From IMG/VR virus record IMGVR_UViG_3300017784_009384, positions 1-38,633 of that record: a DNA stretch of 38,633 bases; one strand, 5' to 3'. Under the pieces are notes generated by a model. It was not told the origin of the DNA and made no database searches. It saw only the letters and a list, made by a program, of their open reading frames with translations. Source of the DNA: a virus (lineage: Duplodnaviria > Caudoviricetes). A program made the translations under genes and the position numbers. Position 1 is the stretch's first letter. Every line of letters starts with the position of its first letter. Positions 29,487 to 37,282 of this stretch are shown here, piece after piece.

Positions 29487-29677
29487 CTAAAATAGAAAGA
29501 TTTTTTGATATGAATCAGCCTTGCCCGGTGGATATACCTGATTGCGAACAACATAGAAAAGACTATACAAATAAATTAGAAGAAATGAAAAAACAAAATG
29601 GTTGCAGTCCTTGCAAGATGAGGGGAATCAGAAACCATTATCTTCAAATTATCACAGGAGCATATGGAACTAAGTAA
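29474..29677 (+). CDS. small Cys-rich protein (paralogue 2)
   Basis: FFDMNQPCPVDIPDCEQHRKDY...CSPCKMR. Confidence 0.75.
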   Translation: MLELTKIERFFDMNQPCPVDIPDCEQHRKDYTNKLEEMKKQNGCSPCKMRGIRNHYLQIITGAYGTK

Positions 29678-29996
29678 TTTAATCATAGGCTTTTTATCAA
29701 CAAGCAGCCTGCTACTACTTTGGTTTTATTCTTCTTTAAAAATTACTTTAGCAGAAATCTTTTTTAATGAAAAAATAACAAACAATGAACAATTTGAAGA
29801 CTTAATTATGATTCGTTTAAAAAATGAAAAACTATCTTATCTATCAAGCTGTTATATTTGCATGAGTTTTTGGACATCATTTATTGTAGGTTGTTTTTTG
29901 GCCATTTTTGGTAGCCCAGACTACACACCCATTATTACGTTCTTGACTTACCCGTGCTTGTGCTATATAATGAAGAAATATGTATTTGATAGATAG
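29664..29996 (+). CDS. DUF1360-like membrane protein with CxxC
   Basis: YLSSCYICMSFWTS followed by hydrophobic helices. Confidence 0.55.
   Translation: MELSNLIIGFLSTSSLLLLWFYSSLKITLAEIFFNEKITNNEQFEDLIMIRLKNEKLSYLSSCYICMSFWTSFIVGCFLAIFGSPDYTPIITFLTYPCLCYIMKKYVFDR
29943..29971 (+). promoter_or_regulatory. near-consensus sigma70 promoter TTGACT-N17-TATAAT inside the upstream gene, 8 nt before ATG 29980
   Basis: Direct sequence. Confidence 0.55.
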
Positions 29997-30756
29997 TAAG
30001 GTGTGCATCTTGGGAGATGGTTTTGTTGGTCAATCTTTAAAGAATGCACTCCATAAATGTCATAGTGTAGTTGTTCTTGGACCTCAAGAGACTCCTGTGC
30101 AGGAAGTTTTTGATATTTGCTTTGTTTGTGTTCCAACAAATAACACTGATGGTGTTACTGATTTATCAAATATAGAAGACGCTTTTCAGAAGATAAAAAG
30201 TAACCTGTATATTATAAAATCAACTGTGCCTATAGGTACCTGCAAACAATTAACCAATCGCTTCAAAGTAGACATAGTTTATTGTCCAGAATTTTTAAGC
30301 GAATCAACATATCACAATCCCACTAATTGCGCAGGTAATTTGCTTGAATGGCCTTTTTTTGTTCTTGGGGGCAGTGATAGGCCAGTTGATAATGCATATA
30401 ATTTTTTATTAGAGATTTTTGGTCCCTGCAAGTCTTACTCTTTTACTACTTTTGAAACTGCAGAGCTCTTTAAGTATACAGTAAATTTATTCTGGACATT
30501 TAAATTATCTTTTTTCAATAGCATATTTGATGTATGCACTGATTTTAATGTGGATTACAAAAAACTAAGAGAATTGGTACTTCTGGACAAACGCATACAC
30601 CCGCTTCATACCGCTATTTTTAAAAATAAGAGAGGATTTAGAGGAAAATGCTTGCCCAAAGATCTTGAATCTTTCATATCACAAATAAAAAACAAACAAA
30701 GCAAGGACCTATTTGCTATGATTCAGCAATACAATAACCTTTTAATTAAAAATTAA
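29980..30756 (+). CDS. UDP-glucose/GDP-mannose dehydrogenase-family protein lacking the C-terminal domain
   Basis: LGDGFVG, FVCVPT, IIKSTVPIGT, CPEFL, AELFKY..N and GFRGKCLPKD (catalytic Cys). Confidence 0.88.
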   Translation: MYLIDSKVCILGDGFVGQSLKNALHKCHSVVVLGPQETPVQEVFDICFVCVPTNNTDGVTDLSNIEDAFQKIKSNLYIIKSTVPIGTCKQLTNRFKVDIVYCPEFLSESTYHNPTNCAGNLLEWPFFVLGGSDRPVDNAYNFLLEIFGPCKSYSFTTFETAELFKYTVNLFWTFKLSFFNSIFDVCTDFNVDYKKLRELVLLDKRIHPLHTAIFKNKRGFRGKCLPKDLESFISQIKNKQSKDLFAMIQQYNNLLIKN

Positions 30757-30758
30757 CA

Positions 30759-30786
30759 TTGCATTTCTATCTTTTGAATTTAATAT
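30759..30786 (+). promoter_or_regulatory. sigma70-like promoter TTGCAT-N16-TAATAT, 6 nt before ATG 30793
   Basis: Direct sequence in an intergenic gap. Confidence 0.55.
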
Positions 30787-30792
30787 AAAAAT

Positions 30793-30993
30793 ATGTTTAA
30801 GTACAAAGCAGTGATCAAAGACAATTATTTATCTAAAACTAGAAATAAGTATGTCCATGCAGCCAACAGTCTTGATGCACATAAATTTGCACTTTATACA
30901 GTTAACCTTGCAAAAGAAGACATTATTAAAATTTTAGATGAAGATGGTGGTACTGTTTATTCTGTTATCAAAGGTTTTATACACAAGCATTAA
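30793..30993 (+). CDS. hypothetical protein
   Basis: ORF preceded by a promoter and packed with its neighbours. Confidence 0.65.
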   Translation: MFKYKAVIKDNYLSKTRNKYVHAANSLDAHKFALYTVNLAKEDIIKILDEDGGTVYSVIKGFIHKH

Positions 30994-30996
30994 CAT

Positions 30997-31197
30997 ATGA
31001 GCGACGTTGAAATAAATCTTGCTGATCTCAAAGCTGTGGTCGATATTATTAATTTGATGGCATCCCGTGGTGCTATCAGAGGTCAAGAACTATCAGTAAT
31101 TGGCGGTGTCTATAATAAATATTCACACGTCATTGAAAAAATCAAAGAAAAGCAAGACAGTTCTAGGCCTGGAGTTGAATCAGATTCAACGAATTGA
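30997..31197 (+). CDS. small hypothetical protein resembling ones in T4-like phages
   Basis: INLADL...IINLMASRGAIRGQELSVIGGVYNK pattern recognised from memory. Confidence 0.7.
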   Translation: MSDVEINLADLKAVVDIINLMASRGAIRGQELSVIGGVYNKYSHVIEKIKEKQDSSRPGVESDSTN

Positions 31198-31369
31198 TGA
31201 CAAGAGTGTTGAAGTCAATTTTTCAATTACCCAAGATGTTGAAGAGCTCTTCAAAAATGTGTACAAGCTCCATAAGCTTACTGATAAGCAGTTTTGTAAG
31301 AAAATCGGTTCTATAATTGTTGAATATGTTGAAGAAAAATTGAATGAAAAGCATAGAGATAGAAGTTAA
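31100..31369 (+). CDS. hypothetical protein (true start uncertain, probably near 31170)
   Basis: Fills the gap 31198-31343; the long 5' overlap is unlikely. Confidence 0.5.
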   Translation: MAVSIINIHTSLKKSKKSKTVLGLELNQIQRIDDKSVEVNFSITQDVEELFKNVYKLHKLTDKQFCKKIGSIIVEYVEEKLNEKHRDRS

Positions 31370-31556
31370 AGATTCATACAACGATAAACAAAATCTTATT
31401 GTCAAAATTGATGGCAAGGAAGTTGGTATATTGTATATTGACGAAGATCAGAAGTTTGATTTATTAAAAATTTTACGTAGAGGCAAGGATGAAGACACTG
31501 AATTAATTGAACCTCAAGAGCTGGACGACCTGGATGAAGACGGTGAAGAGTATTAA
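31344..31556 (+). CDS. small acidic hypothetical protein
   Basis: ORF with an acidic C-terminal tail. Confidence 0.6.
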   Translation: MKSIEIEVKDSYNDKQNLIVKIDGKEVGILYIDEDQKFDLLKILRRGKDEDTELIEPQELDDLDEDGEEY

Positions 31557-31559
31557 ATA
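31554..31559 (+). promoter_or_regulatory. late promoter core TAAATA overlapping the stop codon, 4 nt before GTG 31564
   Basis: Direct sequence; recurrent motif. Confidence 0.55.
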
Positions 31560-31563
31560 ATAA

Positions 31564-32376
31564 GTGTTTAAGTATATAGTAGGCTTTTCATCGTTTCTTA
31601 TAGCATCTATTGCCGCATATTTTTCAATAAAAGGCATATCTTTATTGTTCGCAGGTAGCTTTTGGCCTGTTGTTCTTATGGCCGGTTCTCTTGAAATTGG
31701 CAAGCTTGTTGCAACCAGTAGCTTATACCGGTATTATCACGAATTGAATAGCTTTATAAAAACATATCTATTCACTGCCATAGCTGTTTTAATGATTATT
31801 ACAAGCTTGGGCATATTTGGATTTTTATCGGATGCATTTTATAGAAGTAAAATAAAGTCAGAAACCATGTTAGCCAAAGTAACTTTTGCTGAAGAAAAGA
31901 AAATTACATTGCAGCAAAAATTTGATTACAATAAAGAAAGAGTCAAAACATTGTCAAATATTAGAACATCACAAGAGGATAGGCTCTCTTCTACAACCAA
32001 ACAAAATACAAGTACACAAAAAAGTGGTCTTTTCGGTACAGATCAATCAATTGATGCAAATGCTCTTAAGAGCAAAACTAAAATTCTCGAAAACGTAAGT
32101 GAAGAAATTAAAACTGCAAATTTGCAGATTGATGAGCTCAATAAAGAAAACGGCAGTATAATGAATGAGCTTGAATTGCTTAATTCACAACTGCTGGAGC
32201 TTAAGCAAAATGAAAGCAAAGAGTCAGATATCGGCACTTTCAAGTTTATTGCAAAATCATTTAATCTTGAGTTAGATGCAGCTGTAAAATACTTTATCAT
32301 ATCATTGGTATTTGTATTTGATCCATTAGCTGTAATTTTGTTGATAGTTTTTAATTCTTTGATAAAAAAAAAGTAA
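31564..32376 (+). CDS. membrane protein (3 TM - coiled coil - TM), short form
   Basis: IAAYFSIKG..LFAG, LEIGKLVA, ITSLGIFGFLS and LVFVFDPLAV motifs recalled from a large-phage membrane protein family. Confidence 0.8.
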   Translation: MFKYIVGFSSFLIASIAAYFSIKGISLLFAGSFWPVVLMAGSLEIGKLVATSSLYRYYHELNSFIKTYLFTAIAVLMIITSLGIFGFLSDAFYRSKIKSETMLAKVTFAEEKKITLQQKFDYNKERVKTLSNIRTSQEDRLSSTTKQNTSTQKSGLFGTDQSIDANALKSKTKILENVSEEIKTANLQIDELNKENGSIMNELELLNSQLLELKQNESKESDIGTFKFIAKSFNLELDAAVKYFIISLVFVFDPLAVILLIVFNSLIKKK

Positions 32377-32798
32377 TAGTTGATGAAGAAATAATTGTAC
32401 CAGTACCTTCACATACTCCTACCACTACACCCACAGTTACACCTACCGTAACTTGTACACCTACAGTGACTCCTACAGTAACTGTAACTTTTACTCCCGA
32501 TCCAACTACAACACCAACCCCCACCATTACATGTACACTACCTACTCCTACTAATTCTTCTGTACCTACTCAAGCAAATGTAATAAAAACCACTTCTGAT
32601 AATAGACAACTAGGCACAATATATTGGAGCAAAATGGAATGGGATCTGCCAGCATTAACACCCACAATTCTAGCACATGAAAGCGAAAAAATAGAACAAA
32701 AAGAAATAAATAGTGAAAATTTTATACGTATAACTGACAACACACCATCTGCCTCCAATAGCAAAAACAAGCTGTCATATTTTAAAAAGATTGATTAA
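32355..32798 (+). CDS. Thr/Pro-rich mucin-like extension in the -1 frame of 31564..32376
   Basis: The frame is open from 32355 (VIVDEEIIVPVPSHTPTTTPTVTPTVTCTPTVTP...). The first conventional start (GTG 32466) lies in the middle of the repeat. Confidence 0.65.
   Translation, partial: FFDKKKVIVDEEIIVPVPSHTPTTTPTVTPTVTCTPTVTPTVTVTFTPDPTTTPTPTITCTLPTPTNSSVPTQANVIKTTSDNRQLGTIYWSKMEWDLPALTPTILAHESEKIEQKEINSENFIRITDNTPSASNSKNKLSYFKKID
32364..32373 (+). other. slippery site A9G (contains A_AAA_AAG) directly before the TAA stop
   Basis: ATA AAA AAA AAG TAA; a -1 shift or one extra A reads into the frame ending at 32798. Confidence 0.6.
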
Positions 32799-32801
32799 AT
32801 A
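32796..32801 (+). promoter_or_regulatory. late promoter core TAAATA overlapping the stop codon, 5 nt before ATG 32807
   Basis: Direct sequence. Confidence 0.55.
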
Positions 32802-32806
32802 TTATT

Positions 32807-33037
32807 ATGATTGGAAACGATGCATTTACAAATGGCATTGCCATTTGCGAAGAGTTTTCTCGCCATACATATGGCGACAAAGAGAATCAATCTATGCTTG
32901 TTAATGTTTCACATGATTGGGTCAACAGCTTAATAAACAGAATGTCAAGAATTGGTTTCAAATTAATTACAAAGATAGAGATGGACATGACAACCACGGT
33001 CGTCTTTAGTTTGGTCAAGCTTAAGAAATCTGCTTGA
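32807..33037 (+). CDS. hypothetical protein
   Basis: ORF flanked by promoter motifs. Confidence 0.65.
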   Translation: MIGNDAFTNGIAICEEFSRHTYGDKENQSMLVNVSHDWVNSLINRMSRIGFKLITKIEMDMTTTVVFSLVKLKKSA

Positions 33038-33060
33038 ATTATAGAATCTTATATTACCAT
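33034..33060 (+). promoter_or_regulatory. sigma70-like promoter TTGAAT-N15-TACCAT, 6 nt before GTG 33067
   Basis: Direct sequence; the -35 box overlaps the TGA stop. Confidence 0.5.
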
Positions 33061-33066
33061 TAGTAG

Positions 33067-33765
33067 GTGATAGAATTTAATAAAGAGCTTCATGCTTATA
33101 CAAATGTACATACAGGCGTGAATTACTTCTCTGTAACAACTGTAATTAATTCTTTTAAAGAGCCTTTTGATGTTGATAAATTTTCCAAGCTTGTAGCTGC
33201 AAAAGAAGGTGTAACACAAGATGAGATCAAGAAGAGATGGAATACTGTAAAAACAACTGCGTGCGACTTTGGCACTGATTCGCATTCAAAGATTGAAGAG
33301 CATATAAAATCTGGTGGTGAAAAATTTAAAGATGATGAAATGGTTATTAAGTTTTTAGAAATATCTGATCTCAATATTAATAAAGTTAAAAGCGAGACAC
33401 TTGTACATAATAACGAATACAGAATTGCTGGTACAGCAGATTTTATTGTTGATCAAGGCAAAACGTTTGATGTGTATGATCTCAAGACTAATAAGAATTT
33501 CAGACAATCCTCAAAATATAATAAAACATTACTTTCACCTTTAACTCATTTTAGTGATTGTGAATACAATGCATATTCACTTCAGATCTCTACTTATGCT
33601 TATCTTTACAGCACCATGACAGGAAAAAACGTTAACAGCTTGCGTCTATTCTGGTATGATAAGCAGAAAAACGTGTTTTCTCGCTATGATACACCATATC
33701 TATATACTGATGTTAAAAACATGTTAGAAGCTTTTAAAGCTAAAGGTTTTACAGTAAAGAAATAA
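33067..33765 (+). CDS. PD-(D/E)XK exonuclease (RecB-like nuclease superfamily)
   Basis: H.Y, SVTTVI, GTDSH..IE, SE, IAGTAD, YDLKT and YSLQISTY. Confidence 0.85.
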   Translation: MIEFNKELHAYTNVHTGVNYFSVTTVINSFKEPFDVDKFSKLVAAKEGVTQDEIKKRWNTVKTTACDFGTDSHSKIEEHIKSGGEKFKDDEMVIKFLEISDLNINKVKSETLVHNNEYRIAGTADFIVDQGKTFDVYDLKTNKNFRQSSKYNKTLLSPLTHFSDCEYNAYSLQISTYAYLYSTMTGKNVNSLRLFWYDKQKNVFSRYDTPYLYTDVKNMLEAFKAKGFTVKK

Positions 33766-33768
33766 ATA
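33763..33768 (+). promoter_or_regulatory. late promoter core TAAATA overlapping the stop codon, 5 nt before ATG 33774
   Basis: Direct sequence. Confidence 0.6.
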
Positions 33769-33773
33769 TTAAT

Positions 33774-33956
33774 ATGCCAAGCAGCAAACCAACACGTAAA
33801 CCTACATCAAAGATTGTAGATTCAAGCAATAATAATAAAGAATTAGCAAAAAAAGCTATATATAGCGATAATATGAGCCATATCATTCATTACTGCAAGC
33901 TCCGTGGTATTAAACTAGAAGATTACCTAGGAACATCTGAAGTAGATGATAAGTAA
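33774..33956 (+). CDS. small hypothetical protein upstream of the portal gene
   Basis: ORF after a late promoter. Confidence 0.55.
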   Translation: MPSSKPTRKPTSKIVDSSNNNKELAKKAIYSDNMSHIIHYCKLRGIKLEDYLGTSEVDDK

Positions 33957-33969
33957 TTTAACTTAATTT

Positions 33970-35739
33970 ATGGCAACAGAAGGCTCAGGTGGATTTGGAA
34001 GACAATTATACAAGTTTATTAGCATTAAACTGCCTTATACTTCATATAGCATTTTGGATAAGTTTGATGAGTTGAACCCAAAGTTTAAATTGTTCCACGA
34101 CCAAGGCACGTCTAGACAAGAAGCTTTACAAAGACAGAGCATTTCTTCTTCTACAAGTTATGGTGATGAGCAAGTTGCCAATGTAATGCGCGAATCGCAA
34201 TTCTATCAGTACATGTATGCAAACGTGCAAACTGATAAACCCAAACGCATGATGGATTACAGAATCATGGCAGCATTTTCAGAGGTTGCAGATGCATTGG
34301 ATGAGATTTGTGATGAGTGTGTCAATAAAAATGATAAAGGTGAAATTGTTAAACTTACTTTTAATGTTTCGGAAGATTTTGAAGCCCCAGTAAAGGAAAG
34401 TCTTTCACGTGAATTTGATCGTTATATCAATTACTTTAATCTAGAAGCTAATGGGTGGGAATATTTTAGAAGAATGCTTGTTGAAGCTGAATTATATTTT
34501 GAGCACGTTATTCACAAACGATTTCCACAAGAAGGCGTCTTAGGTGTTGTATCTGTTCCTAGCGAATTAATTGACCCTATCTTTTCCAATGTGCAGAACA
34601 TGCTTGTGAAGGGCTTCTTGCTCAGAAAGCCAATCATGGATCCACAAAATCCTCTTAAGATCAAAGACTATAAGATGATTCCAATGGATAAGAATCAAAT
34701 AACATATATTAATTCTGGAATATGGAACGAGAACAAGACGCTGCGTCTGCCATTTATTGAGAATGCTCGCCGTGCTTATCGTCAGTTATCTTTGATTGAA
34801 GATTCAATTGTAATTTATAGATTGGTTAGAGCACCGGAGCGTTTGATCTTTAATGTGGATGTGGGCAACATGTCGCCCCCAAAAGCTGAAGCTTATCTAC
34901 GCAAGCTCATGAGCAATTATTGGTCCAAGAGAACATTTGATATAGATCAAAACGCAACTGTGCAGAAGTTTAATCCACAATCCATGCTGGATAGTTTTTG
35001 GTTTGCAAAGCGTGCTGGTAGTGATGGGACAAATGTTACTGCTTTGCCTGGTGGTCAGAATCTTGGTGAATTAACTGACTTGATGTACTTTGTTAAGAAG
35101 CTCTACAAAGCTCTTAAAGTGCCAACCACAAGATTGAATCCAGAAGATCAATACCAAGGTGGTGAGAATATTCTTCGTGAAGAGCTAAAGTTTGCTAAAT
35201 TTGTGGTAAGGTTGCAACAGAGATTTGCTTTAGGCTTGAAGAACGGTTTCATTACACATTTGAAGCTCAAGGAGTTGTGGGATAAACATAAGCTCAAAGA
35301 ACATCATTTGGACCTCACTTTTAATCCGCCATCCAACTTTTATGAACTCAGAGAACAACAGAAACTTGAACTCAAAGCCAAGACATTTAATGATTTCTCT
35401 CAAAACGATAGTGTCTCTAAGACTTATGCACAAAAGCGTTACCTTGGATGGACTGAAAAAGAGATTATGGCTAATCGTGAATTCTTGCGCAAAGACAAAG
35501 AGTTTTCATGGGAACTTGCACAAATTGAAGCAGCAGGCCCAGCATGGCAAAAAGCTATTGCAGCAGGTGGTGAGCCAGCGGCTGCAGAAGGTGGTGCTGA
35601 AATCGGTGGTGGTGCACCACCTGCGTTTGGGCCTGGCACTGCAGCTGTGAGCGGTGGAGCAGAAGCAGCTCCTGAGGCTCCAGCAACTGGTGCAGAAGCA
35701 GGCGCAGCCGCAGCAACTCCTGAAGCTCCTGCAGCATAA
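33970..35739 (+). CDS. gp20: portal vertex protein, T4 gp20 family
   Basis: YR.MA...EV..A.DEI, QLSLIEDSIVIYRLVRAPERLIFNVDVGNM...KAE.YL, LPGGQNLGE, YF.KKLYKALKVP and ILREELKFAKFV.RLQ. Confidence 0.97.
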   Translation: MATEGSGGFGRQLYKFISIKLPYTSYSILDKFDELNPKFKLFHDQGTSRQEALQRQSISSSTSYGDEQVANVMRESQFYQYMYANVQTDKPKRMMDYRIMAAFSEVADALDEICDECVNKNDKGEIVKLTFNVSEDFEAPVKESLSREFDRYINYFNLEANGWEYFRRMLVEAELYFEHVIHKRFPQEGVLGVVSVPSELIDPIFSNVQNMLVKGFLLRKPIMDPQNPLKIKDYKMIPMDKNQITYINSGIWNENKTLRLPFIENARRAYRQLSLIEDSIVIYRLVRAPERLIFNVDVGNMSPPKAEAYLRKLMSNYWSKRTFDIDQNATVQKFNPQSMLDSFWFAKRAGSDGTNVTALPGGQNLGELTDLMYFVKKLYKALKVPTTRLNPEDQYQGGENILREELKFAKFVVRLQQRFALGLKNGFITHLKLKELWDKHKLKEHHLDLTFNPPSNFYELREQQKLELKAKTFNDFSQNDSVSKTYAQKRYLGWTEKEIMANREFLRKDKEFSWELAQIEAAGPAWQKAIAAGGEPAAAEGGAEIGGGAPPAFGPGTAAVSGGAEAAPEAPATGAEAGAAAATPEAPAA

Positions 35740-35742
35740 ATA
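35737..35742 (+). promoter_or_regulatory. late promoter core TAAATA overlapping the stop codon, 5 nt before ATG 35748
   Basis: Direct sequence. Confidence 0.6.
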
Positions 35743-35747
35743 ATTAG

Positions 35748-36824
35748 ATGGAATGCACAGCAGTCACACCAGTAACAGCGTTCGTTAGTACCAATCTTAA
35801 CAGTAAAATCACTAGTTATAATAGATTGGGTGAACGAATTTCACGTGCACTTGGCGCTCCCCTGATTAATCTTGAAGTGCATCAAGATCAACTGTATGAG
35901 AACATATCTATTTCAGCAGAAATGTTTACTAAATTTGCTGGTTATACAGAAGAACTTCTTGTGTTTGATTCTGATTTGTATGTTGATAGGGCAGGATTAA
36001 GATTGGATCAACTTTATTCTATAACACCATTTTTTAATCGTGTAAATATTAACGCTAGTGTTGTCTTTATTGCAAACTCAGCTGTTCCTAGTAGTGTATT
36101 TTCTGCTTCTTCATCTTTAAGTGCCACTTATGCAAGTGGATTGTTTACCAATCAAATTCTCACTCAAACATTATACAGTGATATCACTGCATATAATCTT
36201 GTTTTGAGTTCATACTTCACACCATCTCAGCCAAGCACAACACAATATGTTAATAGTTTTGATTATGATATAATGGACTACCGCAAGGTCATAGATATTA
36301 CAGATTTCGAAGAAGGATCAAACGAAGGAGTTAATACATTGTTTACAATTGAACAAACTTTGGCTCAGCAAACCTATTTTAGTTACGCCATGGGTAATTA
36401 TGGGTTTGATCTCATCAGTTGGGTTGTGCTCAAAAATTGGCTTGATACTCGTGAAAAAGTTTTGGCACAAAGACGATACATTCAATTTGACGACCGCACA
36501 CAAATGATGACCATGTTCCCCCCGCCCCGCACGCCTGGCAGTGGTTCCCGTTTTTATGGTGTAATTTCTTGCTACGTAGAAAGACCTCTGCGCGATATTA
36601 TCAAAGAACCTTGGGTCTATCAATATGCTTTGGCATTGACTAAGATTAACATTGGTCAAGTCCGTGGTAAATATAATAACATGAATTTGCTAGGCGGTGG
36701 TGCGTTAAATTACAACGACATGTTGCAGCAAGGTTTAGCTGAAAAGAAAGAATTGGAAGAAAGGCTTTACACAGGTGCACCTGGGCTTGGAGATGTTGCT
36801 CCTCCACAATTCTTCTTAGGCTAA
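35748..36824 (+). CDS. gp13: neck protein, T4 gp13 family
   Basis: RALGAPLINLEV..DQ, WVYQYALALTK...G..RGKY....L.GG..LN and C-terminal PPQFFLG. Confidence 0.9.
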   Translation: MECTAVTPVTAFVSTNLNSKITSYNRLGERISRALGAPLINLEVHQDQLYENISISAEMFTKFAGYTEELLVFDSDLYVDRAGLRLDQLYSITPFFNRVNINASVVFIANSAVPSSVFSASSSLSATYASGLFTNQILTQTLYSDITAYNLVLSSYFTPSQPSTTQYVNSFDYDIMDYRKVIDITDFEEGSNEGVNTLFTIEQTLAQQTYFSYAMGNYGFDLISWVVLKNWLDTREKVLAQRRYIQFDDRTQMMTMFPPPRTPGSGSRFYGVISCYVERPLRDIIKEPWVYQYALALTKINIGQVRGKYNNMNLLGGGALNYNDMLQQGLAEKKELEERLYTGAPGLGDVAPPQFFLG

Positions 36825-36825
36825 C

Positions 36826-37278
36826 ATGTTTGTTAAAAACGACAAATATAACCAAGGCATTTACAAGCCTATCAATCCACAAAAATACAAAGGCAAAGGG
36901 TATGCCATATATCGTTCTGGTTATGAATTAAAATTCTTCAAATGGTGTGATATTAATTCCAGAGTGCTTGAGTGGGGTAGCGAAAATTTTGTAATACCAT
37001 ATCTCAATCCATTGGATAGTAAGTATCATCGATATTTTGTTGATAACTATGTAAAGATCAAACTAGATAATAATATTACTGAAAAGTATCTAATTGAGAT
37101 AAAGCCTTTCAAACAAACACTGAAACCAGTTAAAGGTAATAAGAAAAATACAACGTTTATATATGAAGCCAAAACATATGTACAGAATCGTGCCAAATGG
37201 GATGCTGCAAAAGCTTTCTGCGATAAAAAGGGTTTTAAGTTTTTAATCATTACAGAGAACGAGCTAAACATTAAATAA
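36826..37278 (+). CDS. gp4: head completion nuclease, T4 gp4 family
   Basis: QGIYKPINPQKYKG, YRSGYE..F.KWCD, W.SE...IPY..P.D...HRYFVD, LIEIKP and N.AKW.AA..FC. Confidence 0.93.
   Translation: MFVKNDKYNQGIYKPINPQKYKGKGYAIYRSGYELKFFKWCDINSRVLEWGSENFVIPYLNPLDSKYHRYFVDNYVKIKLDNNITEKYLIEIKPFKQTLKPVKGNKKNTTFIYEAKTYVQNRAKWDAAKAFCDKKGFKFLIITENELNIK
37272..37277 (+). promoter_or_regulatory. late promoter core TAAATA, 5 nt before GTG 37283
   Basis: Direct sequence. Confidence 0.55.
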
Positions 37279-37282
37279 TTTA

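Noticed and set aside
21290-29677. Classical RiPP (ranthipeptide/sactipeptide) cluster using the Cys-rich mini-proteins as precursors
   Set aside because: The radical SAM protein has no N-terminal RRE/PqqD-like extension, no peptidase or transporter is present, and the mini-proteins look like folded helical CxxC proteins under a different promoter class. Kept only as a minor alternative.
18561-30756. Bacterial O-antigen or capsule locus (host contamination)
   Set aside because: No flippase, polymerase, initiating phosphoglycosyl transferase or export genes. The block is continuous with phage structural genes and shares their promoter geometry.
33067-33765. Cas4 / CRISPR adaptation gene
   Set aside because: It lacks the four-Cys Fe-S motif and has no cas neighbours; it is an ordinary phage PD-(D/E)XK exonuclease.
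36826-37278. TnsA transposase / Tn7-like element
   Set aside because: The TnsA-like nuclease fold is expected for T4 gp4. It sits between gp13 and gp15 with no tnsB/C or transposon ends.
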